64,000 nucleotides of DNA, taken from Camelus dromedarius. Its lineage: Eukaryota. Location of the stretch: the NCBI RefSeq assembly GCF_036321535.1, contig NC_087447.1, forward strand, positions 46,378,001 through 46,442,000. The letters are read 5' to 3'. Shown here piece after piece: positions 52,391-64,000 of this stretch (position 1 is its first letter; each line of letters begins with the position of its first letter). Both the position numbers and the translations under genes were made by a program. The notes beneath the pieces were generated by a model. The model was not told the DNA's origin, searched no databases, and saw only the letters and a program-made list of their open reading frames with translations.

Positions 52391-54403
52391 CTAAGGAAAA
52401 GGAGATTATTAGGTGCTGGTCCTAAAGCTACAATCTGCCAGGAAGGTAGCTACTTTAAGTCACTGTAGTAAATGCAGGGGCTTTGAGTAATATACATGCA
52501 TTAGACTCACATGTTGACTTTTGAATTTAATCTGTATAGAGATGCAGCTCCACAGTATGGGTGGTATAGCTTGCCCCTCTCCTAAATGCCTCACTCCTAA
52601 ACAGAATATGCCATGACTCCTGCCACTAAGGAATCACAGTACTTGATATATTACCTTGCCCAAGGAAAATGCTCAAATGGCTGTTGGTCCCTACCTGTAT
52701 CAGGGTACACTCATTCAACCCACACTCTTTTCTAAGTGCCTATGTGATCACTGTGCTAGGCCCTTGAAGGAAACATAATGATGTGAAAGTGGACAGAACC
52801 AGACATCTATCACCAAAAAAGATTTGCTCTGCAAATACTTTCTATGACCTGTACCTTTAGGTATATTTTATTTGTGTTAAATATCTTACTTTACTTAGTT
52901 TTAAGTTTCTTAAGCACAAAGAGCTCATCTTTCCTACATCCCATACCTCTGGAATCATACAGTACTTAGCATAGAGCCTCGTACCCTAATGGAGTCTGTA
53001 CAACTGGACTTCCAATCTCACTGTCACTTTCTAGTTGTGAGGCATCAAGCAAACCACCCACTGTATCCATGTCTTTACTTCCTCAGTAAAGTGGACAGTG
53101 GTTTCCTGTCCACAGGCAGGAAGACGTTTTGAAAAGTCATATATATATATGATACACCTAAATGATGGAATTGTCTATAATCATTAAAAACATTAGGCAG
53201 ATCTCTAAAAGAGAAAGATCTCCAAAATAAATCACTAAATTAAAAGTCTCAGAATATGTTTGATCACATTCTCCAAATGCACTGAAACAGGTCTAGAAAA
53301 ATATACACCATTCACAACAGTTATCTCTGAGAAAAGGAATAAGTTGGGTTTTTGTTTGTTTTGTGGGACAAGTTGTAAAAGAAGGGCTTTTACTTTCTAT
53401 TTTTTTTCCGTACGGAAAAACTTTATTAACAATGAATGTATTAATTTTTAAATTTTAAAAGGCTGTATATAAAAAATATCTAAACTATAGTATTTTGAGG
53501 AAAAAAACAAATAAAAAATAGAGTACGGGCCCATTTGTGCAAAAACTGAATTTGCACATAAATACACACATGCATACACACTCAGAAGAAAAGTCTGAAG
53601 GATGACAGACAAAAAGATATAAACAGGTTTTTGGGGAGAGGTGGTATTGGGATAATTTTCATTTTACTCCCTTTCCACGTATATGTTTTTCTAAATTTTC
53701 TAACATGTATTATTTGAGTAATAAAACAATATGAAGGCAAATAGATATTTTAAAGAGCATATTAAAGCTACTGCTTCCCTGTACAAATATTAAACACTTT
53801 GTATATGCATTAACCCAGAGATGACAAATGCATCATGATAGAAAATGAAAAGAATTTGTTTCATTGACTCAGAAAAACATTCTGCCCGCCCTCAAATCTC
53901 TTATGTTTATTAGTTGAAAAGGCCTACAAAGACTCAACTTTTACATTTTCCTTTCACACAATTTAACACATTAAACCCTCCAAAAGCTCTTCCAAAATTC
54001 CTAATGTATTTCAGTGAAAGCCATTTATGTGCCCAATATGGTTAAGCAATAAATAAAAGTGAAAAACGTTTAAAAAGCAAGCACACTTGGAAATATGAAG
54101 GTTTAATGAGAAAAAGAACCACCTAATCTTGGCAGTTAAGCCCCCTAAAACAAGATAAACTAATAATAATAATACCTACCAAGTATTAAAATGCTTTCAT
54201 TGTACCAAGCAATTTGCAGGTTACTATACATGTAATGTCCTAGGAGGCATTTTTACAAAAATAGTTTTATATATAGGTCATTTTAGTCCCATTTAAGAGA
54301 AAAAATGAATTTCAGAAGCGAAAATAACATACCTAAGTTTGAAAGAGCCATGATGAAAACCTGAACCCTCCTTACTTCAAAGCTACTTTACGTCTCTACT
54401 TAC

Positions 54404-54480
54404 TTTGCAATCTTCTCCTTGAGAAGTTTCCAGTCCCACAGGTCTGTAGGAGTAACATTCCACATATCATATTGAAGGAT
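54404..54480 (-). CDS. RRM1: RRM1 exon 15 (ILQYDMWNVTPTDLWDWKLLKEKIAK)
   Basis: 77 nt, tag|ATC ... AA|gtaagt. Confidence 0.98.
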
Positions 54481-54984
54481 CTAAAGAATAAACAACACAA
54501 ATTTATGACAATTTAAAACTATGACAAAGACTAAGCAAATGAAATGACTAACTGCCATGCCCCCACATCCTAACAAATGCTGTCTTCCGTAGAGCTGTGT
54601 AAGGGATACAAGGACCAGAGATTTTCCTGAACAAATTTCTGTGTAATCATACTGATTAGAAGCAGGTTAAGACTAATTAATTAAGGCTTACCTCTTCCCC
54701 ATGTCCCTGTTAAGCCCTCTCAGAGGACCCATAACATTTCTACAAACCAGGAAATCCTAACACTCATGGAAAAGTGTTGCTGAGATGCACTTTCTTTTCG
54801 CAGAGTAAAAGCATAACTCTACTCTCACTTTTCTTAATTGCCTTGATCTGTCCCTTGATCTATAGCTACTTGGCTAATAAACATCTGTTTTCAAACAATG
54901 GTACATTAGAGTTCTTAACTATCAGCAGGAACTGTCAGAACTAAAAATAACATCTTATTTTACATGGAGAATCATACTACTGAT

Positions 54985-56065
54985 GATAAAGGCAGAGTGG
55001 AAGACAGAATTCTAGGACAGCTCCCAAATTCTCACCCCCTCGTGTATAGGCCATTACACTCTCCTCCTCTTCAATGTGTACGGGACCTGGAAATATGACA
55101 ATGCTACTCACATAATTATGACAAAGGTGAAGGGTTTCTGCAGATGTAATTAAGGTTGCAAATCAGTTAATTTTTTACTTAAAAGGAAGATGATAATGGG
55201 TGGCCCCGACTTATCAAATGAAAACCCCCAAAAGTGTGACTGGCCTGGGCTCTTCTTGAAATGAGAAACACTCCCTCTTACTGGCTTTGAAGAAGCAAGA
55301 TGCCATGAATTCTAGAGCTGCAAGGAATGAATTCTGCCAAAAATCAGGTGAGCCTGGAGTAGGACCCTACTCCTCGGATGAGACCACAGTCTCTACCAAC
55401 ATCTTGACTGTAGCCTTGAGAGACAGAGTTAAGACACAGCTAAACCAAGCCTGGACTCCTGAACCATGGAAACAGATAATGAATGTATGTTCTTTTAATC
55501 CACTGTTTAGTAACAGAAAACCAACACAGTTAGCATTTTTCTTACATCATTTTAGCAATGATTAGTTTTATATAAAAGAGATTAAAATAGAGTACCCTTT
55601 TCACTCCAGAGACAAATGTACCATATGAGTTTCCTATGGCTGGGGTAACAAATTACCACAAACTTAGTGGTTTAAAATAACAAAAATTTATTCTCTCACA
55701 GTTCTGGAGGCCAGAAGGCCAAAATCAATATGTTGGGAGGGCCTCACTCCCTCCATTGGCTCTACAGGAGATTCTGTTCTTTGCCTTGTCCAGCTTCTAG
55801 TGGCTGTGAGCATTCCTGGGTTGTGGCTGCATCACTCCCATCTCTGCCTCCATGGTTGTGTTGCCTCCTCTCCTCTGTGTGTCTTGTAAGGACAAGAGTC
55901 ACTGATTTTAGGGCCCACCTGGATAATCCAGGATAATCTCCTCATCTCAAAATCCTTAATTACATCTGCAAAGACTCTTTTTAAACCAAATAAGGTAACA
56001 TTCACAGGTTCCAGGCATTAGGAATGTGAACATACATTTTTGAAGGCTACCATTCAACCTACTAT
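54985..56065. mobile_element. Two MLT1 (MaLR) LTRs in RRM1 intron 14 (about 54985-55525 on +, about 55625-56065 on -)
   Basis: MLT1 hallmarks: tgcagatgtaattaagg; taacaaattaccacaaacttagtgg...ttctctcacagttctggaggccagaag. Confidence 0.75.
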
Positions 56066-56106
56066 AGGAACTTACAGGCAAAAAGAAATTTCATCCATAT
56101 ACTTAC

Positions 56107-56328
56107 TCCTTTGCTGACTGGAGAGCCCTCATACGTTTCATATGGGCCATACTCCTTGGCCAGGTCACAGCTGGCTTCCAAGGCTCCATAATAAATGGTT
56201 TCAAAGATTTGCTTATTCAGTAACTGGGCCTCCGGACTCTCAAAAGGGTATCTCATCAGAATAAAAGCATCTGCCAGACCTTGTACCCCAATTCCAATGG
56301 GACGATGGCGTTTATTTGATACGCTTGC
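56107..56328 (-). CDS. RRM1: RRM1 exon 14 ([22 protein letters not shown]...YEGSPVSKG)
   Basis: 222 nt, aag|GCA ... GGA|gtaagt. Confidence 0.97.
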
Positions 56329-56538
56329 CTTTGTGTCAACAGGTTTCGAGAAGAAAGAGATAATATTAATGAACAGTAAAATCAACATTCTGTACCAAAT
56401 GACACACTCCCTCTCTTTATCTCAGTTTTCTCACACCACTCCAATGATAACCATTTAAATAATGACTGGAAGACCTTGATAAACTCCCTCCAGATTGAAT
56501 TTCAATAATTACTAATGAGCAAAGAAATCTATTCATAC

Positions 56539-56688
56539 CTCTGGGACAGGGTAGTAGTTAATATCAATGATTTTATTCAAGTTTCGGACAATGACTTTGG
56601 TGACTTCAGCCAACTTCATAAAGTCATATGTGTGTTCTGATGTGACATACATATTCAGGGCCAGAGAAGCCAAGTTACAAACTGCAAC
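56539..56688 (-). CDS. RRM1: RRM1 exon 13 ([50 protein letters not shown])
   Basis: 150 nt; VCNLAS redox Cys; cag|GTT ... GAG|gtatga. Confidence 0.98.
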
Positions 56689-58743
56689 CTGGAATGCAAG
56701 AAGCACATAATTTTTATTTCTTCCCTTGTGTCAATGACACTACCCTATAAGCCTCTAACACTCTCTAATATTAAAATTAAAAATTTTTATCTTTGATTTC
56801 TACCTCTTTATCATCCACCAGTTCATTTCTAAATTCCAATACGTATTCACACATGTGAACTGTAACATGCAGCAGCAAAACAGGTAAGATGCAGAGAGAA
56901 CCCTGTGTTCTTAGTACATGGTTCTATTGCCAGACAGACATCACATTGTGCTATAATTTTTATGTATATCTATCTCAGTCAGTAGATGTGCACTGTCCAA
57001 CACAGCAGCCACCAGCCACACGTAGCTATTTAATTAAAATTAAATGAAATTCAAAATTCAGTTTCTCAATTGCACTAGTGCTCAACAGCCACTCAATATG
57101 GAACATTTCCATCACTGCAGAAAGCTCTTCCAAATTACACATGCCTACCTCACCCTCACTGAGACTCTGACAAGCCCTTAACAAAAGATCCAAGTTTGTG
57201 AATTTTGTAAAAGCTCTTCAGCTGAGTCTCTTACTATACTACATTAGGTGGCGAGCTTTCTCAGGTAGGGATCATATCTGATTTATCCTTGTACTTTTAG
57301 TACTAGCACCATAACTGGCATATAGTAAATGCTTAATAATGTTGAATGAATACACCTTCTTTGCCATTTTGATTATGACTATCCCAATCCAAACTCTCAG
57401 CTCCTCTCACCTAGACTCCCACACACATTTCATACCTACTGAACTCTACACATGTTGCCTAAGTACCCATTTTTAAAACATGGTTCTAATTACATAAGTC
57501 TGAAAAATGCTAGGGGAACTAATAGGGCAGGAGAAGAAAAGAGTCTTGGGGCTAAGTATGGAGGGAGTGACACTTTTAAATAGAGTTGTCAAGGAAGACA
57601 TCACTGAGATCATGACATATTAACAAAGAACTGAAGAGGTTGAAAACAAGCCATGTGGCTATTCTGGGGGGAAGAGCATTTTAACACTCAAAAATCCTGA
57701 GGCAGGAGCATGCTTGATATGTTTGCGAAACAGCAAGGAAATTAGTAGGGCTAGAGCACAATGAGCAAGGGGGAAAGTAAGAGCAGATAAGGTGGGGATA
57801 CCCAGTTATGTAGGACCCTACAGAGAACTGTAAGGTTGAAAATGAAACACTGATATATGCTACAGTGTGGCTGGCTACAAATATTACAAATATTACAAGA
57901 TTCCATTTCTTCTATGGAATGCCCACAATAGGCAAATCCAGAGACAGAAAAGAGATTAGTGGTTGCCAGGGTCTGGGTGAAGAGGGGAACAGGAAGTGAC
58001 TGCTAATGGGCACAAGGTTTCATTCTGAGGTGATGAGAATGTTCTAGAATTAGACGTTGGTGATAGTTGCACAACCTTGCAACTAAAAAACACTGAGTTG
58101 TATACTTTTAGAAGGGTGAAATTTATGGTATGTGAATCATAACTCAATTTTGTTAAAAAAAGAACAAACAAAATGTAGACAGATTGGAAAGTCAAAGAGG
58201 AATGTGAAGAAATTATATGATCTGATTTTTGTTTTAAAAAGGGTCATTTCAGTCTCTATAATATAATCTATCTTATATAATAGTCACTTGAGTATATGCC
58301 AATTTCCTCCAACTAAATTATAAGTTTCCAAAAGACAGGGGCTGGACCATATCCATTTCTATCCCAGAGAACTTCTGGTATAGTTCTTACACATAGCTGG
58401 TGCTCAGACCTCTTTCCACACTAAGCCATTCAATAACCAGAAGCAAGAGTTATCCTTCCCATCCTAGCATCTTGATACTATTTCCTTTCAGAAATCTACA
58501 AGGGCTTTCCTATCTCTAGACATGCCAGCTTTCACGTACTATCTCCCTTCCCCCAGCCACAGCCAACTTTCCATACACTAAACCTTAACATACTTGCTCC
58601 ATCAAAAAAAAAACAAAAAAAAAAAAACAAAGCTTGACATTCACTGCACAAAACCTATTCCTATCTCTGATCTGTCATACAGGCTGTTCTTTCCAAATGG
58701 AAAATTTTTCCATAAACTTCTTTTTAAAATAAGCAAGTCTACT

Positions 58744-58870
58744 GGGGGGAGGGTATAGCTCAAGTGGTAGAGCACATGCTTAGCATGCATGAGGTCCTGG
58801 GCTCAATCCCAGGTACCTCTTCTAAAAATAAATAAATATACCTAATTACCTCCCCCCACAAAAAAAATTA
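58744..58870 (+). mobile_element. tRNA-derived SINE (camelid type), RRM1 intron 12
   Basis: gggggagggtatagctcaagtggtagagcacatgcttagcatgcatgaggtcctggg; A and B boxes; tail cctaattacctccccc. Confidence 0.92.
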
Positions 58871-59314
58871 AGTAAGCAAATCTATGTTCCATTTCTAACC
58901 TTGCCTCTTCAGTGAATTGCCTTTAAGATCTGAGGTAAGAATTCTGTTTCACCACTTACTGAAAGGACTTTCTACACGCTTACATATTTTAAACTGAATG
59001 AGCATCCTAACAAGTTATTGTGTTTGTCTTAAACCACTGTAACTATATACTGCTATTTTTTCTAAAGTAAAAATTATTACAACAATGTGTACATAACAAA
59101 AAGCTGAGTCTTTTCTACGTGGCTCAGACTAAAAGACATTTAAGGGCACACATCACAGCTCTTTCTTCCTTTATAATCTCTATTTTAGTGCCCTTCTGCT
59201 TACAGCAAGCTAACTCCCTTCACCCAACTCAACTGAAATCATGTGAAGGATTCATAACAATTCACTAACTCTAAAGAGTCTTCTCTCAGTACTCGAAGCA
59301 GCTTTTCTACCTAC

Positions 59315-59516
59315 CTCATCTTTGCTAGTATACTCTACTATTTCTGTGCACAGGTTGCTGCATTTGATCGTTCCCAGGTTCTGCTGGTTGCTCTTCCGAT
59401 TACAGGAATCTTTGTAGAGCATGTACGGGGTACCTGTCTCGGTCTGAGACTCAATGATGGCATACCAAAGCTGCTGAGCTTTTACAACTCTGCGGACACG
59501 ACCGTGTTTCTCATAA
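59315..59516 (-). CDS. RRM1: RRM1 exon 12 (YEKHGRVRR...[18 protein letters not shown])
   Basis: 202 nt; contains the SNLCTE active-site motif (thiyl-radical Cys); cag|T ... GAG|gtaggt. Confidence 0.98.
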
Positions 59517-60154
59517 CTGAAAGGCAAAGCTAATATTAATTTAAAATTCCCTAAGAAAATCTTTACGACAGACAACATGAAGAGAAACACTAAAATATAA
59601 AATTAGGAAAACTCTTAAACTCTAAGTTTTGCTAAGTGAAAAAATTTAGGATATTCATTTTAGTCTGGTGAAAGCTAATCCCACTAAATCAACAATACCT
59701 TCCATAATAAAAAGGAACAAAATTTAAAGTAGCAAACCATGCTATTGTCCTAACAGTCTTTTGCGGTTATTTAATGACTATTGACAGCTGTGTCCTAGTT
59801 GCTCTTGATTCCTGTATACAATATAAAGCATAGCATTTTATCAAATGTACTCTATGACAAAGCAAATCAATAACCCTGCCAAATAACTCTCTGCATTAAC
59901 TTTTAAAAGGATCCTTTTAAAAAACACAAACACCTATTTACATCCCAAAGTTTTAAGAAAGACAGAAACCAAAGTTTTAGTGAAGATTCAGGAAGAAACA
60001 TGACCAAAATAAAATTATTAGTCATATCCTCTTCTAGATGCTTCTGTAGATTCCTAGAAACTGGCTAATGACTGACGTAGTTTTAAAATGTGGATCCTGT
60101 AAACAGGAAAAAACATATGGTTAAAACATTATTACTGTCATATTTTTCCCATAC

Positions 60155-60234
60155 CTTTCATACAGCTTCTCAAATTCTTCTCCCCAGACCTCATCCAGGC
60201 CAGGACACTCATTTGGACACATCAAAGACCAGTC
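60155..60234 (-). CDS. RRM1: RRM1 exon 11 ([26 protein letters not shown])
   Basis: 80 nt, tag|GAC ... AG|gtatgg, phase 0 to 2. Confidence 0.98.
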
Positions 60235-60609
60235 CTACAAGGGGAAGGACAGTACCAACCATAAGAAACTTGAAATAACCAACCAAACAGCCTATTAAGA
60301 ACACTGCTAGGGATAGGGTGGCTTCCATAGATTGTCTTAAAATTTTGCTTTAGAAATAATCATCTTAGGTTCAGGCCCAAACAGCTAGTTCTGCTTGTTT
60401 GTTCATAACCTTTTAAGCATCTAGGTCAGATAGCATCTACTTTAGAGAATAAAAATCCAAGAGGCAAGAATGGCATCTCTTCACTTGCTCAGAGACTGCC
60501 TTTCTATTGTGTAACACATAGGGGGATCTTCCTAAGCATGATTTAAGATGACTGAAGAGAAAGCTTATATGAATTAGGTTGTTATTACTAACGAGTACCT
60601 ATCTCTCAC

Positions 60610-60771
60610 CTGATTAGTCTCCACTCGTTTCATGAAGAGATCTGGAATCCAAAGGGCAAAGAAAAGGTCCCTGGCACGCTGCTCCTCCTTTCCTGTGTTC
60701 TTCTTTAAATCAAGAAACTCAAAGATGTCTAAATGCCAAGGCTCCAGGTAAATAGCAAATGCACCAGGTCG
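60610..60771 (-). CDS. RRM1: RRM1 exon 10 ([54 protein letters not shown])
   Basis: 162 nt, tag|CGA ... CAG|gtgaga. Confidence 0.98.
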
Positions 60772-61794
60772 CTAGTGGTAAATAAACCATCATTCTTTTC
60801 AGAATCAGAATGAAACAAAGAAACTTTGCATTTTCCAAAGCACTTCAGTAATATCTCCTAGGATCTTCACTACAATTAATGAGTTCAATGAGATAATACA
60901 AATAAAAGTACTATAAAAATATTAAGTAGTAGTATTTTTCTTATAATTCTAAGAGTGAAAAAGAACTTTAACACAAAGAAAGTGTGGAACAAGAAAGACT
61001 AAATAACTTATTCAAAGTGACACAGTGAACCAGAGGTGGAGCTTCCCCTTCAGTCGTCCAGCTCACTCTTCACTATGTGACACGTACGTAAAGCCCAAAG
61101 AAAATCGCTTTAGCTTTGACAACAGTAAGTCGTACTCTTATTAAAGATCAAAAGGGTGGTATATCTTATCAAGGGTCCCATAGATTTTTTTTTAAGTACA
61201 TTAGAGAGAAATTCACAAACCAAGAGGTGATTAGTGTGCCTACATATCCGAAAGAGTCAGGCTCAAGTTGCAAATTATGCTGCTGATAACATTGGATAAA
61301 TGACCCAATACTCTCTACTTTTCCCTCTATAGGCAGTTTTGCTTTCTGTTTTTTTGTTTTTGTTTTTGATTTTTTTAAAAAGTAGAAAACATATTGCAAC
61401 CTCTTTTCAACGTTAGGTATCAATATGAGTCACAGCTTTAAAAATTCTTTGCAAATAAACTGTCATGTAAGAAAGTTGACTGCCTGGAGCCAGGGATAAA
61501 ATATGTATGGGTGGGAGTAATGGGGGTGATTAATACAAAGGGCATGAGAAAATATTCTTGGGCAATGGAAATGTTTTACATCATGATTGGTGTGATTATA
61601 CAAGTATGTACATCTGTCAAAATTATCCAACTGTATATTTCAAGCATGCGCACTTTAAAGTAAAAATCATACTCATTAAATTGACCATAAAAGTGAAAAA
61701 AAAAAAAAGCAAAGTTGCTAAAAACTTAGTCAATAAGCCATCTTATTATAAGCATACATGACTAAAGATTTTTAGTTCTGATTTCCAGTACTTT

Positions 61795-61933
61795 CTTTTT
61801 TTGTATGTTTGCTTTTGTGGGGGGAGGTAGTTAGGTTTTTTTTTTAATGTATTTTTAATGGAAGTACTGGGGATTGAATCCAGGACCTCATGCATGCTAT
61901 TCATGCCCTCTACCACAGAGCTATACCCTCCCC
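61795..61933 (-). mobile_element. tRNA-derived SINE just downstream of RRM1 exon 9
   Basis: ggggattgaatccaggacctcatgcatgct...gagctataccctcccc on +; TSD tccag(t/g)actttc on both sides. Confidence 0.88.
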
Positions 61934-61962
61934 GCTCCAGGACTTTCATCAACAGAGCATAC

Positions 61963-62046
61963 CTTGTTTCCACCTTGATCCACATATCGAGCTGTGTTGT
62001 TATATACTCTCAGCATCGGAACAAGGCCATTGGAATTACCATTAGT
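61963..62046 (-). CDS. RRM1: RRM1 exon 9 ([28 protein letters not shown])
   Basis: 84 nt, cag|ACT ... AAG|gtatgc; specificity loop 2 region. Confidence 0.98.
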
Positions 62047-62969
62047 CTGAAAGAGAAACCAAGGATAAAGGCATCTGGAGAAGAAAGAGGGGGGCTCCAC
62101 AAGAAGATCAAAATGGCTCAACAGTGGACAAATTATCCTCTCTTAGTCTACAAAGTTTTATCTGCTCCCTATCTTTACTTCTGCTTTGAAAATGTAATGC
62201 CCACAATAAAATAAAATTTTGTTGAATAAATTACAGTGATGTACAAAGTTATTTCATGGCATCTCTAATTTACAATGAGAAATAACAATTATAAGTCAAA
62301 AGAATTCAAAATCAGGATAGCTAAATTTAAACCCCACACCTTCGAAAGTAGAGTAAAAGCACTACTACAGTATCTTTTTCCCAAAATAATTCAAGGCAAC
62401 TTATAGTAAGAATTATATGCAATGGATAAATCAAGACAATAAAGGTAAACGAAGATTCTCAGCAATAAGTGGATTCTAGAATGAAGATAAGAAAGTATAG
62501 AAACTCCTAAGATTAGAGGATACCTCATCAAGGAAATATTAAGCTATCTTGATTGTGGTGGTGGTTTCATAGGTGTATACATCCATCAAAATTCATCAAA
62601 CTATACATCTAAAATATGCGTGTGCAGTTTACAGTACAGGAATTATACCACAATAAAGATGTTTAAAAGAAAAAAAAAGAAACCTCATCAAATTTTAAAA
62701 ATAATCCTTCTAACCTCAAGGCAAGCCTTTAAACAGCCTAGAAAGGTAAGTGAGCAATGGCTCACCATACTACTGGGTAATAAACACTACATAAGGAAAT
62801 GGTTTTCTCCTGGACTCTTCTAACTTTATTTTACAGGGTTAGATAATTTCTTCACCTTTACAGAGGAGAAAACAAACTCAAGAGATGTAAAATAACTTGC
62901 ACTAGGTACACTACTAGTAGTTAGTATCATATATACTATTTAAATTCAGGTCTTACCCAAAATCATCTT

Positions 62970-63262
62970 TTCTTTTTTTTTAATTGAAGTATGGTTTATT
63001 TACAATATTATGTTAGTTTCAGGTGTACAGCATAGTGATTCAGTATCTTTGAAGATTATATTCCATTATTGGTTATTAAAAGATAATGGGTATAAATCCC
63101 TGTTGCTTATCTATTTTATATATAGTGGTTCGTTAACCTCATACTCCTGATTTGTCTCTCCCTGCTTCCCCCTCCCCTTTGGTCATCACAAGTTTGTTTC
63201 CTATATCTGTGAGTCTATCTCTGTTTTGCATATACATCCATTTGTATTAATTTTTAGATTCT
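62970..63262 (-). mobile_element. Truncated L1 3' end, RRM1 intron 8
   Basis: tttttttaattgaagtatggtttatttacaatattatgttagtttcaggtgtacagcatagtgattcag. Confidence 0.85.
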
Positions 63263-63857
63263 ACCCAAAACCATTATCTTGACTTCTGGTGAATAGTGAA
63301 CTAGAAGAGCTGGAATTTACCTCATAAAGTGCTGATGTTTAAAGCTTGAGTCCTGACTCTGACATATTAAGCGACTAATCTCTGGAAGTAATTTAACTTT
63401 CCAAGCTTCAGCTTCCTCACTTGTAAAATGAAGACAACAGTGGCTATACTCAGGAAGTTACTGTAAGGAGGAAAGTTAACTGCATCTTTAATGATATCTA
63501 TCTCATAAGGTTGTAGTAAGGGTTAAATGTGTAATTCATGTAAAACTTAAAACAGATTTAGCACATAGTATGCAATGAATAAATAATAGTTGCTATTATT
63601 GCTAAAATAAATCAGAATTCCAAAATCTGAGCAAAAACAGGATCCTAAAGATCATCTAATCTAAACCTCTAATGAGACAGATGAAAATGAGGTCAGAAGT
63701 AGTGAAATTACTCACTCCAAGTCACACAGCCAGCTAGTAATTAACAGAGATCCAGGTCTCCCAAGTCCCAGTATATGCCCTCTCAACCATAAGCCCAGTT
63801 GCTTATGGACTTGAATCCCTCTAGCCTACACATTTTTAGTCATACAACAAAGCTTAC

Positions 63858-63999
63858 CCCAGCTATGTAGCTGCCAGTAGCTCGAATACAACTCACAGCA
63901 ACACCAATTCCCCCAGCCGACTTGGAAATCAATGCACATTGCTTTAGAGTGTCATAAATGCCTTCAATGCTATCATCTTTCATACTCAGAAGGAAACAG
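63858..63999 (-). CDS. RRM1: RRM1 exon 8 ([47 protein letters not shown])
   Basis: 142 nt; translation matches ribonucleotide reductase large subunit including catalytic Cys218; donor GGG|gtaagc; acceptor lies at the window edge; earlier exons are outside the window. Confidence 0.97.
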
Positions 64000-64000
64000 C

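Overview
Mammalian genomic DNA, most likely a camelid, judging from repeated copies of a tRNA-derived SINE of the camelid type. The window covers the edge of the class I olfactory receptor (OR) cluster next to RRM1. Right half, minus strand: the last 12 coding exons of RRM1 (exons 8-19 by human numbering), all with canonical splice sites, plus 3' UTR and poly(A) signal. Middle, plus strand: two OR55B-family class I OR genes, both with premature stops. One resembles mouse Olfr544/545 (two stops); the other is OR55B1-like (one CGA>TGA stop). At about 19.6-20.1 kb is a dense cluster of homeodomain, O/E (EBF) and AAACTTTTC motifs matching the description and position of the J element, the long-range class I OR enhancer. 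The least expected feature is invisible in the ORF track. Running leftwards on the minus strand from a CpG island with an RFX X-box (about 16.4-17.1 kb) is a chain of GT-AG-bounded, phase-compatible exon remnants, several separated by 78-82 nt introns. They splice into protein-like sequence broken by stops and by an exonic L1 insertion. I read this as a fossil multi-exon gene (candidate unitary pseudogene) whose family I cannot identify. The rest is L1, SINE, MIR/L2, MaLR, ERVL, ERV1 and DNA-transposon debris. Repeat family names and orthology calls come from recall of consensus sequences, not from searches.
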